A stretch of 63,293 nucleotides of DNA, filler included, from Octopus bimaculoides (GCF_001194135.2; 4 parts of 4 records of this genome joined end to end with filler, not necessarily neighbours in it), one strand, 5' to 3'. Shown: positions 11,155 through 23,212, counted from the first letter of the whole stretch. Numbers and translations: made by a program. Notes: a model not told the origin generated them from the letters alone.

Positions 11155-11987
11155 TAACCTTTAAATCAAGAAAACTTTTCGTAAACTGCTTCTGGTAGTT
11201 TGAAAATGCAGCCGAAGTTCTAATACAGTTTAGGAGGCTGTTTCAAATAGATCGAGATTGCAATCTCTCAAATTAGAGATGACTTTGAAGCAAATGGCAC
11301 CGTGCAGAATTTCTGCAAGAAACATTCCGGTAGACTACGGAAATCGAAAAAGTTGGAAAGTGTAATATAAACGTACTGTTAGACTTTAAAAAAAAGTCTG
11401 TACGCTTCGTGAGCAGGGAATTTCAAAATCAAGAGTCCTTCGTGTTTGAAGCTCCTGTAATTGGAAAAATCAGATTTCAAGAATAGTGTATGGCATTTAA
11501 TGAAGACAATCCATATCGAAGAGTGGAGTTTGCGAGTAGTAATTGGCAAGTGTTCCCATTCCTAATAGAAGAGGAACATTTTCTAAATTAAAATTTATTG
11601 TGATAATCTTTATGCGAACCACCCAAGAGGACTTGAAGATATAGTGTTTATTTTTAACAAGATAGGGGAGTCCTACACTATCATAGTAATGTAAGGCCTA
11701 CTTTCATGAGATTTTGCCAGCAGGTGGATTAAACGATGAGGTTCATAAGATATCCTCCACCTTCACCGGACCTCGTACTACTAGACTTTTATATGGAATA
11801 CTTAAAATATAGTTTACGGTACAAAACCAGAAATAATCGACAGCAACAATTGAAAGCAGCAATTCAAGGAGAATGCGCACAAGTAACGAAGAAAATGCTT
11901 TTGTTTCTGTGTTTGCGATTCCATTGCTTCGCGTTGTCAGCAATGGCTGGACAGAATGGTTGTGAGTTTGAAAACAGGCATTCATAA
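11155..11987 (+). mobile_element. Decayed Tc1/mariner transposase (rosa/DD41D-like, DUF4817-type N-terminus)
   Basis: LTFKSRKLFVNCFW*FENAAEVLIQFRRLFQ; ISQIRDDFEANGTVQNFCKKHSGRLR; *QDRGVLHYH (from QQDGAPPHY); YPPPSPDLVLLDFY (from WPPRSPDLTPLDF); LKAAIQGECAQV. Stops and frameshifts; no TIRs recognised. Confidence 0.8.
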
Positions 11988-12089
11988 AACACTCATATTC
12001 TGTTTGTAGATTAAATTCAATTACAGAATTTACATTATAGCGAGATATATGAATATTTTGCTATAGACATTAATTACGTATGTAAAACT

Positions 12090-12394
12090 GTTACTCCGTT
12101 GGTTACGACGACGATTGTTTCAGTCGATTCGATCAACGGAACAGCCTGCACGTGAAATTAACGTGTAAGTGGCTTAGCACTCTACAGACATGCGTAGGGA
12201 TATTCAGCGCTACACAGAATGTGACCAGGTTGGCGTTTTGAAATACAGGTACTACTCATTTTTGCTAGCTTAGTGGACTGGAGCAACGTGAAATAAAGTG
12301 TCTTACTCAACGACACAATGCGCCGCCGAGAATCGAACTCACGACCATACGATCGTGTACCGAATACTCGAACTACTGAGCCACGCATCTTCAC
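12090..12394 (-). mobile_element. tRNA-derived SINE, family C, with CORE-like segment
   Basis: Minus strand reads gtgaagatgcgTGGCTCAGTAGttcg...GAGTTCGATTCtcggcggcgcattgtgtcgttgagtaagacactttatttcac. A second partial copy lies at 49887-50035. Confidence 0.8.
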
Positions 12395-12489
12395 ACCCTA
12401 TGTAGATAATATATGCAGACATGCATATAATATAATTGGTGAGAATTCTATTGTAAAGCACAGAAAAGCGTATGTAGTGACGTCAGATA

Positions 12490-12534
<45 letters not shown>

Positions 12535-12597
12535 NNNNNNNNNNNNNNNNNNNNNNNNNNNNNNNNNNNNNNNNNNNNNNNNNNNNNNNNNNNNNNN

Positions 12598-12659
<62 letters not shown>

Positions 12660-13729
12660 ACGGACACACGGATATGAATTATGAACAGAGGAGAGAATCT
12701 CTCACTGTCTTTCTTTTTGACGCACTTTCTCACAAACTGTCTCTTTTCATATGTCTCTCTCTGTCTATGCGTGTCGTTCTGTTTGTCTGTGACTCTGCGC
12801 ATATATCATTAACATTGTTTTCGCATATAATTGTGTTTTCATATATTCACATATAACTTTGAAGAGTTAGATGATTATATTCAGAGATTGTAGTTTTCCA
12901 TTCGCCAATCATCAATACAGGCGTGCTTACAGGAAACAACAACAATAGTTTAGTTTCTAAATAACACACACACGCACTCGTCCCCCTCCCATATATATAT
13001 ATATATATANNNNNNNNNNNNNNNNNNNNNNNNNNNNNNNNNNNNNNNNNNNNNNNNNNNNNNNNNNNNNNNNNNNNNNNNNNNNNNNNNNNNNNNNNNN
13101 NNNNNNNNNNNNNNNNNNNNNNNNNNNNNNNNNNNNNNNNNNNNNNNNNNNNNNNNNNNNNNNNNNNNNNNNNNNNNNNNNNNNNNNNNNNNNNNNNNNN
13201 NNNNNNNNNNNNNNNNNNNNNNNNNNNNNNNNNNNNNNNNNNNNNNNNNNNNNNNNNNNNNNNNNNNNNNNNNNNNNNNNNNNNNNNNNNNNNNNNNNNN
13301 NNNNNNNNNNNNNNNNNNNNNNNNNNNNNNNNNNNNNNNNNNNNNNNNNNNNNNNNNNNNNNNNNNNNNNNNNNNNNNNNNNNNNNNNNNNNNNNNNNNN
13401 NNNNNNNNNNNNNNNNNNNNNNNNNNNNNNNNNNNNNNNNNNNNNNNNTATATATATATATATATATATATATATTTACATATAAGTGATATCCATGCGT
13501 GATATGATACTACGCATACATAGATGTATTACATATATATATAACCAGTGTCTCCACTATTAGTGCAGATAATTCTAGTTTGGTAATTATTATTATTATA
13601 TAGAAGTACACCAAGGTTTTGATTGATTTTATGGAACACATTCACTGCTTTGAAATTTGATCAATTACCTTTATGTTGTGCAAAGATGTATAAGAAAGAA
13701 TTGCTTAACTATAGTACAGATACACATTA

Positions 13730-13874
13730 TGTATGTATGTATGTATGTATGTATGTTTGTATGTCAGCCACCGTTCTATCTTTCTCTCTGACTATTTGTC
13801 TGTCTGTCTCTATCTCCCTCTCGCTATGTGTCTGTCTGACTGTCTGTCTTTGTCTCTGTAAATACATGTATGTA

Positions 13875-13908
<34 letters not shown>

Positions 13909-14035
13909 CGAATGTGCGTGTGCATGTGTATTTGTGTGCGTGTGTGTGTGCCTGTGTATTTGTGTGCGTATGTGTGTATATCTGTGCGTATTTCTGTGTG
14001 CGTGTGCGCACACGTGTGTGTGTGTGTTTTATGAA
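13730..14035. repeat. Compound (TATG)/(TCTG)/(TATC)/(TG) microsatellite
   Basis: Direct inspection. Confidence 0.9.
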
Positions 14036-14740
14036 TGTGTTACGGTTGTGTTATCTTTTCCTGTAGCGATGAAACCCAGCCTTTGAACATATATTTCAAA
14101 GCATTATAATAAATCTAGTTTTGATTATCAGTTGATAGAAATTAAATGAAATTTGATAATTTGCAACATTAATGAAAATATTATTTTGTAAATTGTTAGA
14201 ATATGATCAGCCATCTTTTATTAATCTCTACTGATGGGCAGAGGTAAGGCTTTATGGCTAATCAGTTTGCTTTACCACTGAATAGCTGCTCGTTCGATTC
14301 TATTGTATAGTATTTTAGGCGTGTGTCTTCTGCCATAAATTAATTCCGCGCATCAAACTTGGTGGACGGAAGCTATTATGCAGAAATCGGTTGGGTTTAC
14401 ATATATATATATATATATATANNNNNNNNNNNNNNNNNNNNNNNNNNNNNNNNNNNNNNNNNNNNNNNNNNNNNNNNNNNNNNNNNNNNNNNNNNNNNNN
14501 NNNNNNNNNNNNNNNNNNNNNNNNNNNNNNNNNNNNNNNNNNNNNNNNNNNNNNNNNNNNNNNNNNNNNNNNNNNNNNNNNNNNNNNNNNNNNNNNNNNN
14601 NNNNNNNNNNNNNNNNNNNNNNNNNNNNNNNNNNNNNNNNNNNNNNNNNNNNNNNNNNNNNNNNNNNNNNNNNNNNNNNNNNNNNNNNNNNNNNNNNNNN
14701 NNNNNNNNNNNNNATATATATATATATATATACATATATA

Positions 14741-14894
14741 CGACGGGCTTCTTTCAGTTTCCGTCTACCAAATCCACTCACAAGGCTTTGGTCGGCCCGA
14801 GGCTATAGTAGAAGACACTTGCCCAAGGTGCCACGCAGTGGGACTGAACCCGGTACCATGTGGTTGGTAAGCAAGCTACTTACCACACAGCCAC
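14741..14894 (-). mobile_element. Family-B SINE 5' half (3' half probably in the gap)
   Basis: Near-identical to 10250-10400. Confidence 0.92.
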
Positions 14895-14949
14895 ATATAT
14901 AATTATGTGGATTTGATCTAGAAGAAAGAGTTTTATCAATGGCCTTCGC

Positions 14950-15600
14950 AGGTCCTTCAAAACCGCTGAGGCCGACGTAGATAATGCTTGTCCTGAAGCA
15001 ATTGTTGTGAGAAAAAATATCAAGTGAAGAATTGTTTGAGGGTGAATATTCTTGGGAGAAGGGACTGGAGTCTGTAAGCGACTTCCTGCTATTAAGTACG
15101 TAAAGTGACTTTTTTAAGATGCGTGTTAGGTGTTTGTATTTGTAACAGTATTGTAGTCATAGACTCCAGACGTCGAAGCTTTATCTCTGAAAGTTTGGTT
15201 ATTACTTTGAGCTGAAGTATTTTCTAACTCTAAAGAGGAAGCCTAGCCTTTTTAATGCAAATTTTTTTATGTTCAGGACGCGCGTTTGTTAGGATGAAAT
15301 TTTAGTCACGGCGAGGCCTGTCTGTCATAGCAACCTTGATAATTCTATTGATGTGTTGTTCATATTTAAAGTATAATAGGTTACATCTTTTACGTGATAC
15401 CTATGGAAATATTTGTGTAATGAAGAAAAGAAAATTGGTATGTCCCTATTGGAGAATGTTTTGAAAATCTCTGCTCTTGCAGTCAGCGTAGATCTAGGGT
15501 GAAGCATCGAAGCGGTATGTGGATAACACTTAGATATAGAATGCTTGGGAGCAATGAAGAATAACATCATTTACGGAGAAGTGGACGTTGTTATGGTATG
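14950..15600 (-). mobile_element. Degenerate CR1/L2-type LINE ORF2 C-terminal remnant
   Basis: Minus-strand fragments LKRLGFLFRVRKYFSS, RRLES (from RPRLEY), and RILKKSLYVLNSRKSLTDS (from RIQKKALRLINSPSLTDS). Many stops. Confidence 0.5.
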
Positions 15601-16824
15601 TAGGTCGCTGATGCACCAAAGATCATGGAAGATTGAGGTACTGGGATCGAAACTAAATATTACATATATATGTGTGTGTGTGTGCGTATAATACCAATGT
15701 ACATATACACATACACGCACATAATTTGTGTGTGTGTGTGTGCGTGTGTGTGTGTGCGTGTGTGTGTGCGTATGCGTTTGTATATCACAAGTGCTTCGTG
15801 CTTGCATGAAGAAAAGGAAATAGGTCGCCATTTCCAGTTATTTAAAGGAGCTAAAAAACAAGGTATCAAAATTTTAAAATAAATTGATAAATCACTGACC
15901 GTAGTATACCATATATTACCAGATCAAAGTATTGAAATCTCTACATTATGGAGAAACTCCTTATATTAAACATTCTAATTATCTACATCAAAGACTTTCG
16001 TTTTTTGAAGTGTAGGCAGTTTAATAAATTGCTTTTAATTAATTAGAATCAGTTAATGGTTCCCGTTAGCAGTGGATTAATTATATGATTTTGCGATGTT
16101 CGGTATTACTAATATTCTGTTTCATGATGGGATATCTGCAGTTCTATTCTAAATTAATAGTAGCCTACGAATTAATTTCAGACAATCTCAAAAGGTTAAA
16201 AAAATGTGTATTTTAATAAATTACACGATTTAACCACAGACAAATATATTTCTAGATGTAGAAGCAGGTATCAGCAGAATTGGATTTAAACCATGGGGTG
16301 TTCAGGGCACTTCAAATTCGGTGAGCCCCCTCACACACAATAATTAAAATCTTAGAAAATTAGCAAATTTAAACCCATCTATCGCATGCAATTGTATTTG
16401 ATGAGTTAGCAGAGAAAGTTTTAATAAACGACTGAAAATGTTGCTTTATCGATACACTTTTCAAAATCCCAATTTTTCTCTCACTCAATCACTTGCAGTG
16501 TTTGACTTTTCCTTTCTTGTACAAAGTTCAATCAAGTTGGAGAGAGAGGGTAAGACTGATTTTTCTTTAACGCGAGCTACAAATGTTTCAGAATACGATA
16601 AAATGACAGAAAATATCGAAAAACAAAAATATATAATTTTAGTGGCTGTTTTATTGTTCCAAAGGCACGATGAGTGTGGTTGTGTGAGGGGAGAGACAAA
16701 CATTTAAAAGACATAGATTTCAAAATTTTTGTTTTAAAAAGGCTTCGTTTTTTTGCTTTGCAATGCATGAAAAAAAAAAAGGGATTGGGGGAATTCCAAC
16801 ATATATGGGATAGCTATTCCGAAG

Positions 16825-17590
16825 GAATTCCATTTCCCTATCAAATGACAACACACGAGTTCTGGACTTCTCGGAAGTTTTTTTGCAATGGCAAGAACTA
16901 GTTCTTCTGGAATGCCATATGCTCGAAGGATCTTCAACATTTTTGCTGTGTCGACGCCCCCAAGCGAAGAAGTAGGATCGCCCAAGACATATAAATAGAG
17001 GTAGTCTGGCCGTGGTAGAGGAGTTGAGTGACTGTTGAGTAGCTGTGGAGTAGCAGTCGTGTAGCAGTTGTGTAGCAGTTGAGTAGAGATCATCCGAAGG
17101 TGCTAGATAGCAGTAACTTGAGACATAACAATTTTGTAACGATGGATGCTGTCAAACACGTTGCTAAAGTCCACAAAGCTTATAATGGTAGGCAGAGTCT
17201 TGATTTAACATTTATGATACGCCTCAGGGCAAAGATCTGAGATGTTGTGGATCTTCCTGGTCTGAAGTTCTAAATCTATTTTGATTTGGTTTTAGATGGC
17301 TATCAAGCACCTATTGAATCACGTTGAAGATCATTCGGTTGAGGACTTTGAGCGAGATATTGAACCGTGCAATTCCTCTGTAGTTAGTTTCATTGCTGTG
17401 GTTTCCTGACTTTGGGATTGGTATCGAGTCAATCTCTGATAATTGATCTGGACTTTCTTGGTTCTGCAAGAGCTTTTTCACCAAATCCAGTATTATTTCA
17501 TCCAGGTTGCACCTCTCGAAAACTTCAGGGGAAATTTCATCAGGGCCAGCAGCTTTTCCCTATTTCAGTCTACTCTTGGCACTCTGAATT
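16825..17590 (-). mobile_element. RTE-clade LINE, inverted 5' segment (RT domains 0-3)
   Basis: GKAAGPDEISPEVFERCNLDEIIL...IPIPKSGN...NYRGIA...VLNRMIFN...HLKPNQN..FRPGRSTTSQIFALRRII...FVDFSNVFDSIHRYK / KMLKILRAYGIPEELVLAIAK / EKSRTRVLSFDREMEF. Confidence 0.92.
16947..17130 (+). mobile_element. ~184-bp insertion with TGT...ACA ends and TATAAATA (solo-LTR-like) nested in the RTE
   Basis: Interrupts the RTE between IHRYK and KMLKIL. Flanks atttttg(c) / attttg look like a degraded target duplication. Contains tataaatagagg at ~17003 and gtagcagttg micro-repeats. Confidence 0.45.
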
Positions 17591-18518
17591 TTTTCAAATA
17601 CTAACCGGGGTGCTATGAGGAGATACGCTTGCATTACATATGCTTACAATTGTATTGGATTAGGCAATGCGTATAATACAATAGACAAAAGTGACGAAGA
17701 CCTTGGTTTCATCATAGACCGGCAATGATCATGGAGAGTACCAGTAGTAACCGTTATAGATGTGGACTTCACAGATGATACAGCACATATCTAATTGATC
17801 AAGCTTGACGGCTGTTCAGCAAAGTAGAAACATCAGCTACTAAGATAGAACTGCACACAAATGTCAAGAAAAATAAACACATGTCTTTCAACTAATCAAG
17901 TGATACTGAACCGTTTGCTCTGAGTAGTTCCAAATTGAATGTTGCTGAAGACTTGAAGTACTTAGGTGGTTGCGTGAGCAATTTGGAAGTAGACATCAAA
18001 ATCAGGCAGGCACAAGCACGGACAGGTTGTCACAAACTAACAAGGTCTGGAACTTCAAATTGAGCAGGTAAATCAAAGCCAAGCTGTTCATTGCAACTGA
18101 CGAATCAGTGCTATTATATTGTAGTGAAACGTGACAAAATAATTATCAAATGAGCTACATGGATGCGACACAAGGATGCTACGAATGGCTCTAAATGTGA
18201 AATGGTAGCAATAGATGACAAATGATTTGCCTTTATGTAGACCTGCCGAATGTTAGCGAGAAGATCAAGCAAAGAGGGCTGCAACTATCTGATCCCTGCG
18301 TGCGCTACCCTAATCTGGAGGCATCCAAGTTAGTCTTGTGGAACCCACTTCATGGTGATGCAAGAAGAATAAAACGTCCTCACACTTACATCGACGGCTT
18401 GATTGCAGACATTGGTCTGGAATGTATCCAGAACCTCGAAGCAGTGGTGATGAACCGAGAAGTGTGGGCGGTAGAATTTTTTGTTGTAGCCTGCGTTGGA
18501 ACCCGACCATAATAATAA
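17586..18518 (+). mobile_element. RTE-clade LINE, 3' segment (RT domains 4-7 to 3' end)
   Basis: EFFQILTGVL*GDTLALHMLTIVLD*AMR; DVDFTDDTA (YADD-equivalent); EDLKYLG; YVDLPNVSEKIKQRGLQL; SKLVLWNP; ends GTRP* followed by a (TAA)3 tail. Confidence 0.92.
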
Positions 18519-19036
18519 AAAGTATATTCCAAAAGTCTGCTTTTCCAGTTTCCATTAAGGGATGGTGGGGCACAATGAGTAATATTTACTGCGTCTGACT
18601 TTGAAAAAAATATTTTTATAAATGTTCACTATCTAACAAGAACTACATAAGCTAAACACCTTTTCTAAATACATTAAAAACGCTATAACATATTCAGAAC
18701 ACTATTTCAGAAAATTACTTCCGTTCTCTTCGAGCAAATAAAAGACAAATTTGGATAGGGTAAAATGAGTAACACAAGGTAAAGTAAATTTACCACTTCA
18801 GAATTACATTTGAAAAAAAAAAAAGCTCGTACACAGCAATATCTAGGTCAAATGAAAGGGAATCAAAAAATGGCACGATATGAATTTGACGAAACTTGAA
18901 TAAATCAAAAAACTCAACATAAAATTTATCTCTATAGCTTCTTCATGATCTGCTGGAAAGGCTCTCGACAGAATTCTGGTTTAAACACACCATATAACCC
19001 TAAATAACTTTAAAATTTTTTGGAATGTTCAAAACA

Positions 19037-19355
19037 TTTTTGCGAATTTGTGTTCTACACACGAAATTTCATACAGCTAAGTTTTTTTTTAATCATTCGA
19101 ATTTTTGTTTTTAAATCAGACAGTCCGAATTTGTTTTTATTAAAATACCAGCAATAGACAATTAAATGTGTTTATGGGGAGAAAAATATTGAAAACCATC
19201 AATACGTCAAAGTGACAAAGTAACAAGTAGGGAATCAGGTGGTCGCGAGATATGCTAAAAATCACTGCTAAATAGCCTTTAAATAAGACACAAATTCTTT
19301 TTGTTTTTCTTTCATAGTCGTATGAATTCCTGTGTAAAATACAAATTCGCAAAAA
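19037..19355. mobile_element. MITE-like element with ~38-bp imperfect terminal inverted repeats
   Basis: tttttgcgaatttgtgttctacacacgaaatttcatac (19037-19074) vs the reverse complement of 19320-19355, tttttgcgaatttgtattttacacaggaattcatac. Confidence 0.6.
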
Positions 19356-19444
19356 CTTTCTGAAAATTTGTCTCACGATCTGAAGGCTCCATATGCGATC
19401 TTACTGTGTAGCATCTTGATTCGCTGTTATCTTCCAGTCGACTC

Positions 19445-19513
19445 AAACATGGGCAGGTGAATAAACATGGGCAGGTGAATAAACATGGACAGGTGAATAA
19501 ACATGGGCAGGTG
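19445..19513. repeat. 18-bp tandem repeat x3.8 (AAACATGGGCAGGTGAAT)
   Basis: Direct inspection; one G>A variant in unit 3. Confidence 0.95.
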
Positions 19514-19973
19514 GTAGCTGTTTGGAAATCGGGCGAATATATAACACACGTAATTCAACGAGCCAGCTTTATCACACAGATTCTTCTCAGAATTATGTTA
19601 AAGTTACACACCTCATATAATCATACACACGCACAGCTACATATGTGTGCGAATCTGCGTGGAAGACATATAAACATCGCAAATACAATTATTTCTTCGT
19701 AGATTGAATACATGACAAACAAACCTAATCGATTTTCGAACCTTATAGATATATCCCAAGTATCCAATCTATTTACATATGTACACAACATATGCAGTAG
19801 CTTCAGGGAAGCGGAGCTACTTATTTGCATGCTATAAATATTTAGCACTTCATTTTAAAATCAGCAGCCTGTCAAAAAGGACCTTAGACTACACGGTATC
19901 AAGGCACGATATGATATAATATAAACCCATGCATAGTCATCTCCTTAGAATGAATAAATAATAAACAACAGTT

Positions 19974-20051
19974 GCAGGCATGGCCGTGGGGTAAGAAGGG
20001 TGTTTCCTAACCACATGATTCCAGGTTCAGTCCCACTGAAAGAATCCCGTC
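19974..20051 (+). mobile_element. Family-B SINE head, internally deleted
   Basis: gcaggcatggccgtggggtaag...ggttcagtcccactg is joined directly to aaagaatcccgtc. Confidence 0.75.
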
Positions 20052-20840
20052 ATATATATATATATATANNNNNNNNNNNNNNNNNNNNNNNNNNNNNNNN
20101 NNNNNNNNNNNNNNNNNNNNNNNNNNNNNNNNNNNNNNNNNNNNNNNNNNNNNNNNNNNNNNNNNNNNNNNNNNNNNNNNNNNNNNNNNNNNNNNNNNNN
20201 NNNNNNNNNNNNNNNNNNNNNNNNNNNNNNNNNNNNNNNNNNNNNNNNNNNNNNNNNNNNNNNNNNNNNNNNNNNNNNNNNNNNNNNNNNNNNNNNNNNN
20301 NNNNNNNNNNNNNNNNNNNNNNNNNNNNNNNNNNNNNNNNNNNNNNNNNNNNNNNNNNNNNNNNNNNNNNNNNNNNNNNNNNNNNNNNNNNNNNNNNNNN
20401 NNNNNNNNNNNNNNNNNNNNNNNNNNNNNNNNNNNNNNNNNNNNNNNNNNNNNNNNNNNNNNNNNNNNNNNNNNNNNNNNNNNNNNNNNNNNNNNNNNNN
20501 NNNNNNNNNNNNNNNNNNNNNNNNNNNNNNNNNNNNNNNNNNNNNNNNNNNNNNNNNNNNNNNNNNNNNNNNNNNNNNNNNNNNNNNNNNNNNNNNNNNN
20601 NNNNNNNNNNNNNNNNNNNNNNNNNNNNNNNNNNNNNNNNNNNNNNNNNNNNNNNNNNNNNNNNNNNNNNNNNNNNNNNNNNNNNNNNNNNNNNNNNNNN
20701 NNNNNNNNNNNNNNNNNNNNNNNNNNNNNNNNNNNNNNNNNNNNNNNNNNNNNNNNNNNNNNNNNNNNNNNNNNNNNNNNNNNNNNNNNNNNNNNNNNNN
20801 NNNNNNNNNTATATATATATATATATATATATATGTACAT

Positions 20841-21390
20841 ATAGGTGGTATCAAAACGTTCCCGGACTAGTTCTGTAGCGCGCCAACAGATGGCAGCATA
20901 TGGCTGCGTGTGCAGTGACATTACTATGTCTACTTCGCAAGTTGTGAAATTTGTGTTTTTGCGATCACGTGTCTGCTGTGGTTTGCGATTTTTGTCATGA
21001 AGACGAAGCTGGAACGAAGGGCTAACGTGAAATTTTGCGTTAAACTTGGTAAATCTGCTACAAAGGCATTCAGCAAGCTTTGGTAAACTTACGGTGACGA
21101 AGCAATGGGTCGTACCCAATATTTCGAGTGGTACGGACACCTCGAAAGCGGAAGAACGCCCTTGGAAGACGATGAGCGATCTGGAGGACCTGCCACGAGA
21201 GTCATCCCCGGAAATATGGAGAAAATATATCAGCTTGTGCATGAGGACCGTCGTAGGACAATCAACGACATTGGTGATGTTGTTGGTGTGTCGAATGGGT
21301 CCGCGCAAGCAATCCTAATGTCTGGATTCTTCACGAAGACTATGTACCCTGTCACTATGCTCTCCCCACTCGTTAGTTTCTGGCCAAAAT
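20841..21390 (+). mobile_element. Mariner (DD34D) copy 1, internally deleted and 3'-truncated
   Basis: 5' TIR ggtggtatcaaaacgttcccggact. From ATG 20997: MKTKLERRANVKFCVKLGKSATKAFSKLW*TYGDEAMGRTQYFEWYGHLESGRTPLEDDERSGGP...HEDRRRTINDI, then a jump to WILHED..PCH. Confidence 0.92.
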
Positions 21391-21466
21391 CAACTGACAA
21401 CTGACAGAAGGGCTCTGAACACATTTATTGGGAGTTACATGTACAGATTAAAACCGTTTGAATCAG

Positions 21467-21497
<31 letters not shown>

Positions 21498-21506
21498 CAT
21501 GCATAC

Positions 21507-21539
<33 letters not shown>

Positions 21540-21639
21540 NNNNNNNNNNNNNNNNNNNNNNNNNNNNNNNNNNNNNNNNNNNNTTAATTAATTAANNNNN
21601 NNNNNNNNNNNNNNNNNNNNNNNNNNNNNNNNNNNNNNN
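21540..21639. other. Synthetic scaffold-join linker 44N-TTAATTAATTAA-44N
   Basis: The same 100-bp construct recurs at 34142-34241 and 48866-48965; the 12-mer has stops in all six frames. Confidence 0.95.
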
Positions 21640-21740
21640 CTAAACACATATATCGGTAAGCATACATGCACGTCTGCACACACATGTCTGCTTGGACTCA
21701 CACACAAATGAATGGATGTTTGCATAATTAGTGTGTGGTC

Positions 21741-21873
21741 ACGAGTGACTGTGTGGTAAGTAGCTTGCTTACCAACCACATGGTTCTGGGTTGAGTCCCA
21801 CTGCGTGGCACCTTGGGCAAATGTCTTCTGCTATAGCCTTGGGCCGACCAAAGCATTGTGAGTGGATTTCGGG
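21741..21873 (+). mobile_element. Family-B SINE head (truncated)
   Basis: gtgactgtgtggtaagtagcttgcttaccaaccacatggttctgggttgagtcccactgcgtggcaccttgggcaa. Confidence 0.9.
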
Positions 21874-22010
21874 AACAAGTTCAACTGGTACTCATTTCAC
21901 CGACCTTGAAAGTATGAAAAGAAAAGTGGACGTCGGCGGAATTTGAACTCCGAACGAAATACCGCTAGGTATTTTTCGCGGCGTGCTAACGACTCTACCT
22001 GCACACCACT
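21874..22010 (-). mobile_element. Family-A SINE, abutting the family-B copy tail-to-tail
   Basis: Reverse complement of gagtcgttagcacgccgcgaaaaatacctagcggtatttcg..ttcggagttcaaattccgccgacgtccac. Confidence 0.85.
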
Positions 22011-22105
22011 TTACAGACGTATATATTAACAGCGAAAATATTCGAGTAAATGAGTGTGCGCGCGCACATGTGTGTATGTATGTATGTATGCATGAATATG
22101 ATATA

Positions 22106-23002
22106 CTAGGTGGTATCAAAACGTTCCCGGACTGTGTTCTGTAGCGCGCCGACAGGTGGCAGCACACGGTTGCGTGCGCTGAGGGAGCTAGCAGTGACTT
22201 TCGTGATACAGTGTGCTGAATAACAAAGCTGTGTTTACTTTGCAAGTTGTGGAAATTGTGTTTTTGTGGTCACACTTATTCTGTAGTCATACGCATGAAC
22301 AAAAAGTTAACATGAAATTTTGCTTTAAACTTGGGAAGCCTGATACAGAACTTGATATTGAGCATGCTTCGGCAAGCTTACAGAGACAAGGCAATGGGTC
22401 GCACTCAATGTTCCGACTGGGTCGAGCACTTCAAAAGTAGAACAACATCGCTGGAAGATGATGTGTGATGTGGAAGACCTGCAACGAGCGTCACCCCCGG
22501 AAATGGGGTATTGTGCATGGAGGATTCGTCCCTCGGGGCTGGAGTGTCAATCGAGAGTTCTACTGTGGTATTTTGAAGCGTTTGAGAGAGGACAGTCGGC
22601 GGAAGCAACCGGATCTGTGGAGCACGAAAGATTGGATTCTTCACGATGACAATGCACCGTGTCAGCGAGCTCTCCTTAGTCGTTCGTTTCTCACCAAAAC
22701 ACAACATGCTATCGCTTCGGGACCCGCCCTATACGCCATATTAACACTTGCGAACTTACATCGCTTCCGCAAGATGAAAATGCAGCTCAAAGGTCGACAT
22801 TTTAATACCGTTGTTGAGATCCAGAGTGAATCACAGAAGGTCCTCAAACCCACTTTGAGGTCAAATTCCAAAAGTGTCAGGAATGCTCGAACCGGTGTAT
22901 TGCTGCGCAAGGTGATTATTTCGAAAGAGAGGATGTAAAAACTTAAGTAAATAAGTTATCTTGTATAAACATATAGGCCATGAACTTTTTTATACCACCC
23001 CG
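22106..23002 (+). mobile_element. Mariner (DD34D) copy 2, ~897 bp, both TIRs, TA target duplication, internal deletion
   Basis: TA|ctaggtggtatcaaaacgttcccgg ... ccatgaacttttttataccaccccg|TA. Catalytic segment GIVHGGFVPRGWSVNREFYCGILKRLRE...WILHDDNAPC...KMKMQLKGRHFNTVVEIQSESQKVL; the PPYSPDL region is frameshifted. Confidence 0.95.
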
Positions 23003-23029
23003 TATGTATATATTTGTGTGTGTGTGTGT

Positions 23030-23080
23030 ACATACATATACATATATACGTATATACTTGTATGTATATATGCATTTACC

Positions 23081-23170
<90 letters not shown>

Positions 23171-23178
23171 TAGGTATA

Positions 23179-23212
<34 letters not shown>

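Noticed and set aside
16330-16560. Possible hAT transposase C-terminal remnant
   Set aside because: Only vague similarity (LSNL, FDEL) in different frames and strands.
16805-18535. Target-site duplication for the inverted RTE
   Set aside because: Only tattcc is shared between the flanks, which is too short in AT-rich DNA.
21584-21595. TTAATTAATTAA as a biological motif (piggyBac site or homeodomain array)
   Set aside because: It is exactly centred in 44N+44N three times, so it is a synthetic spacer.
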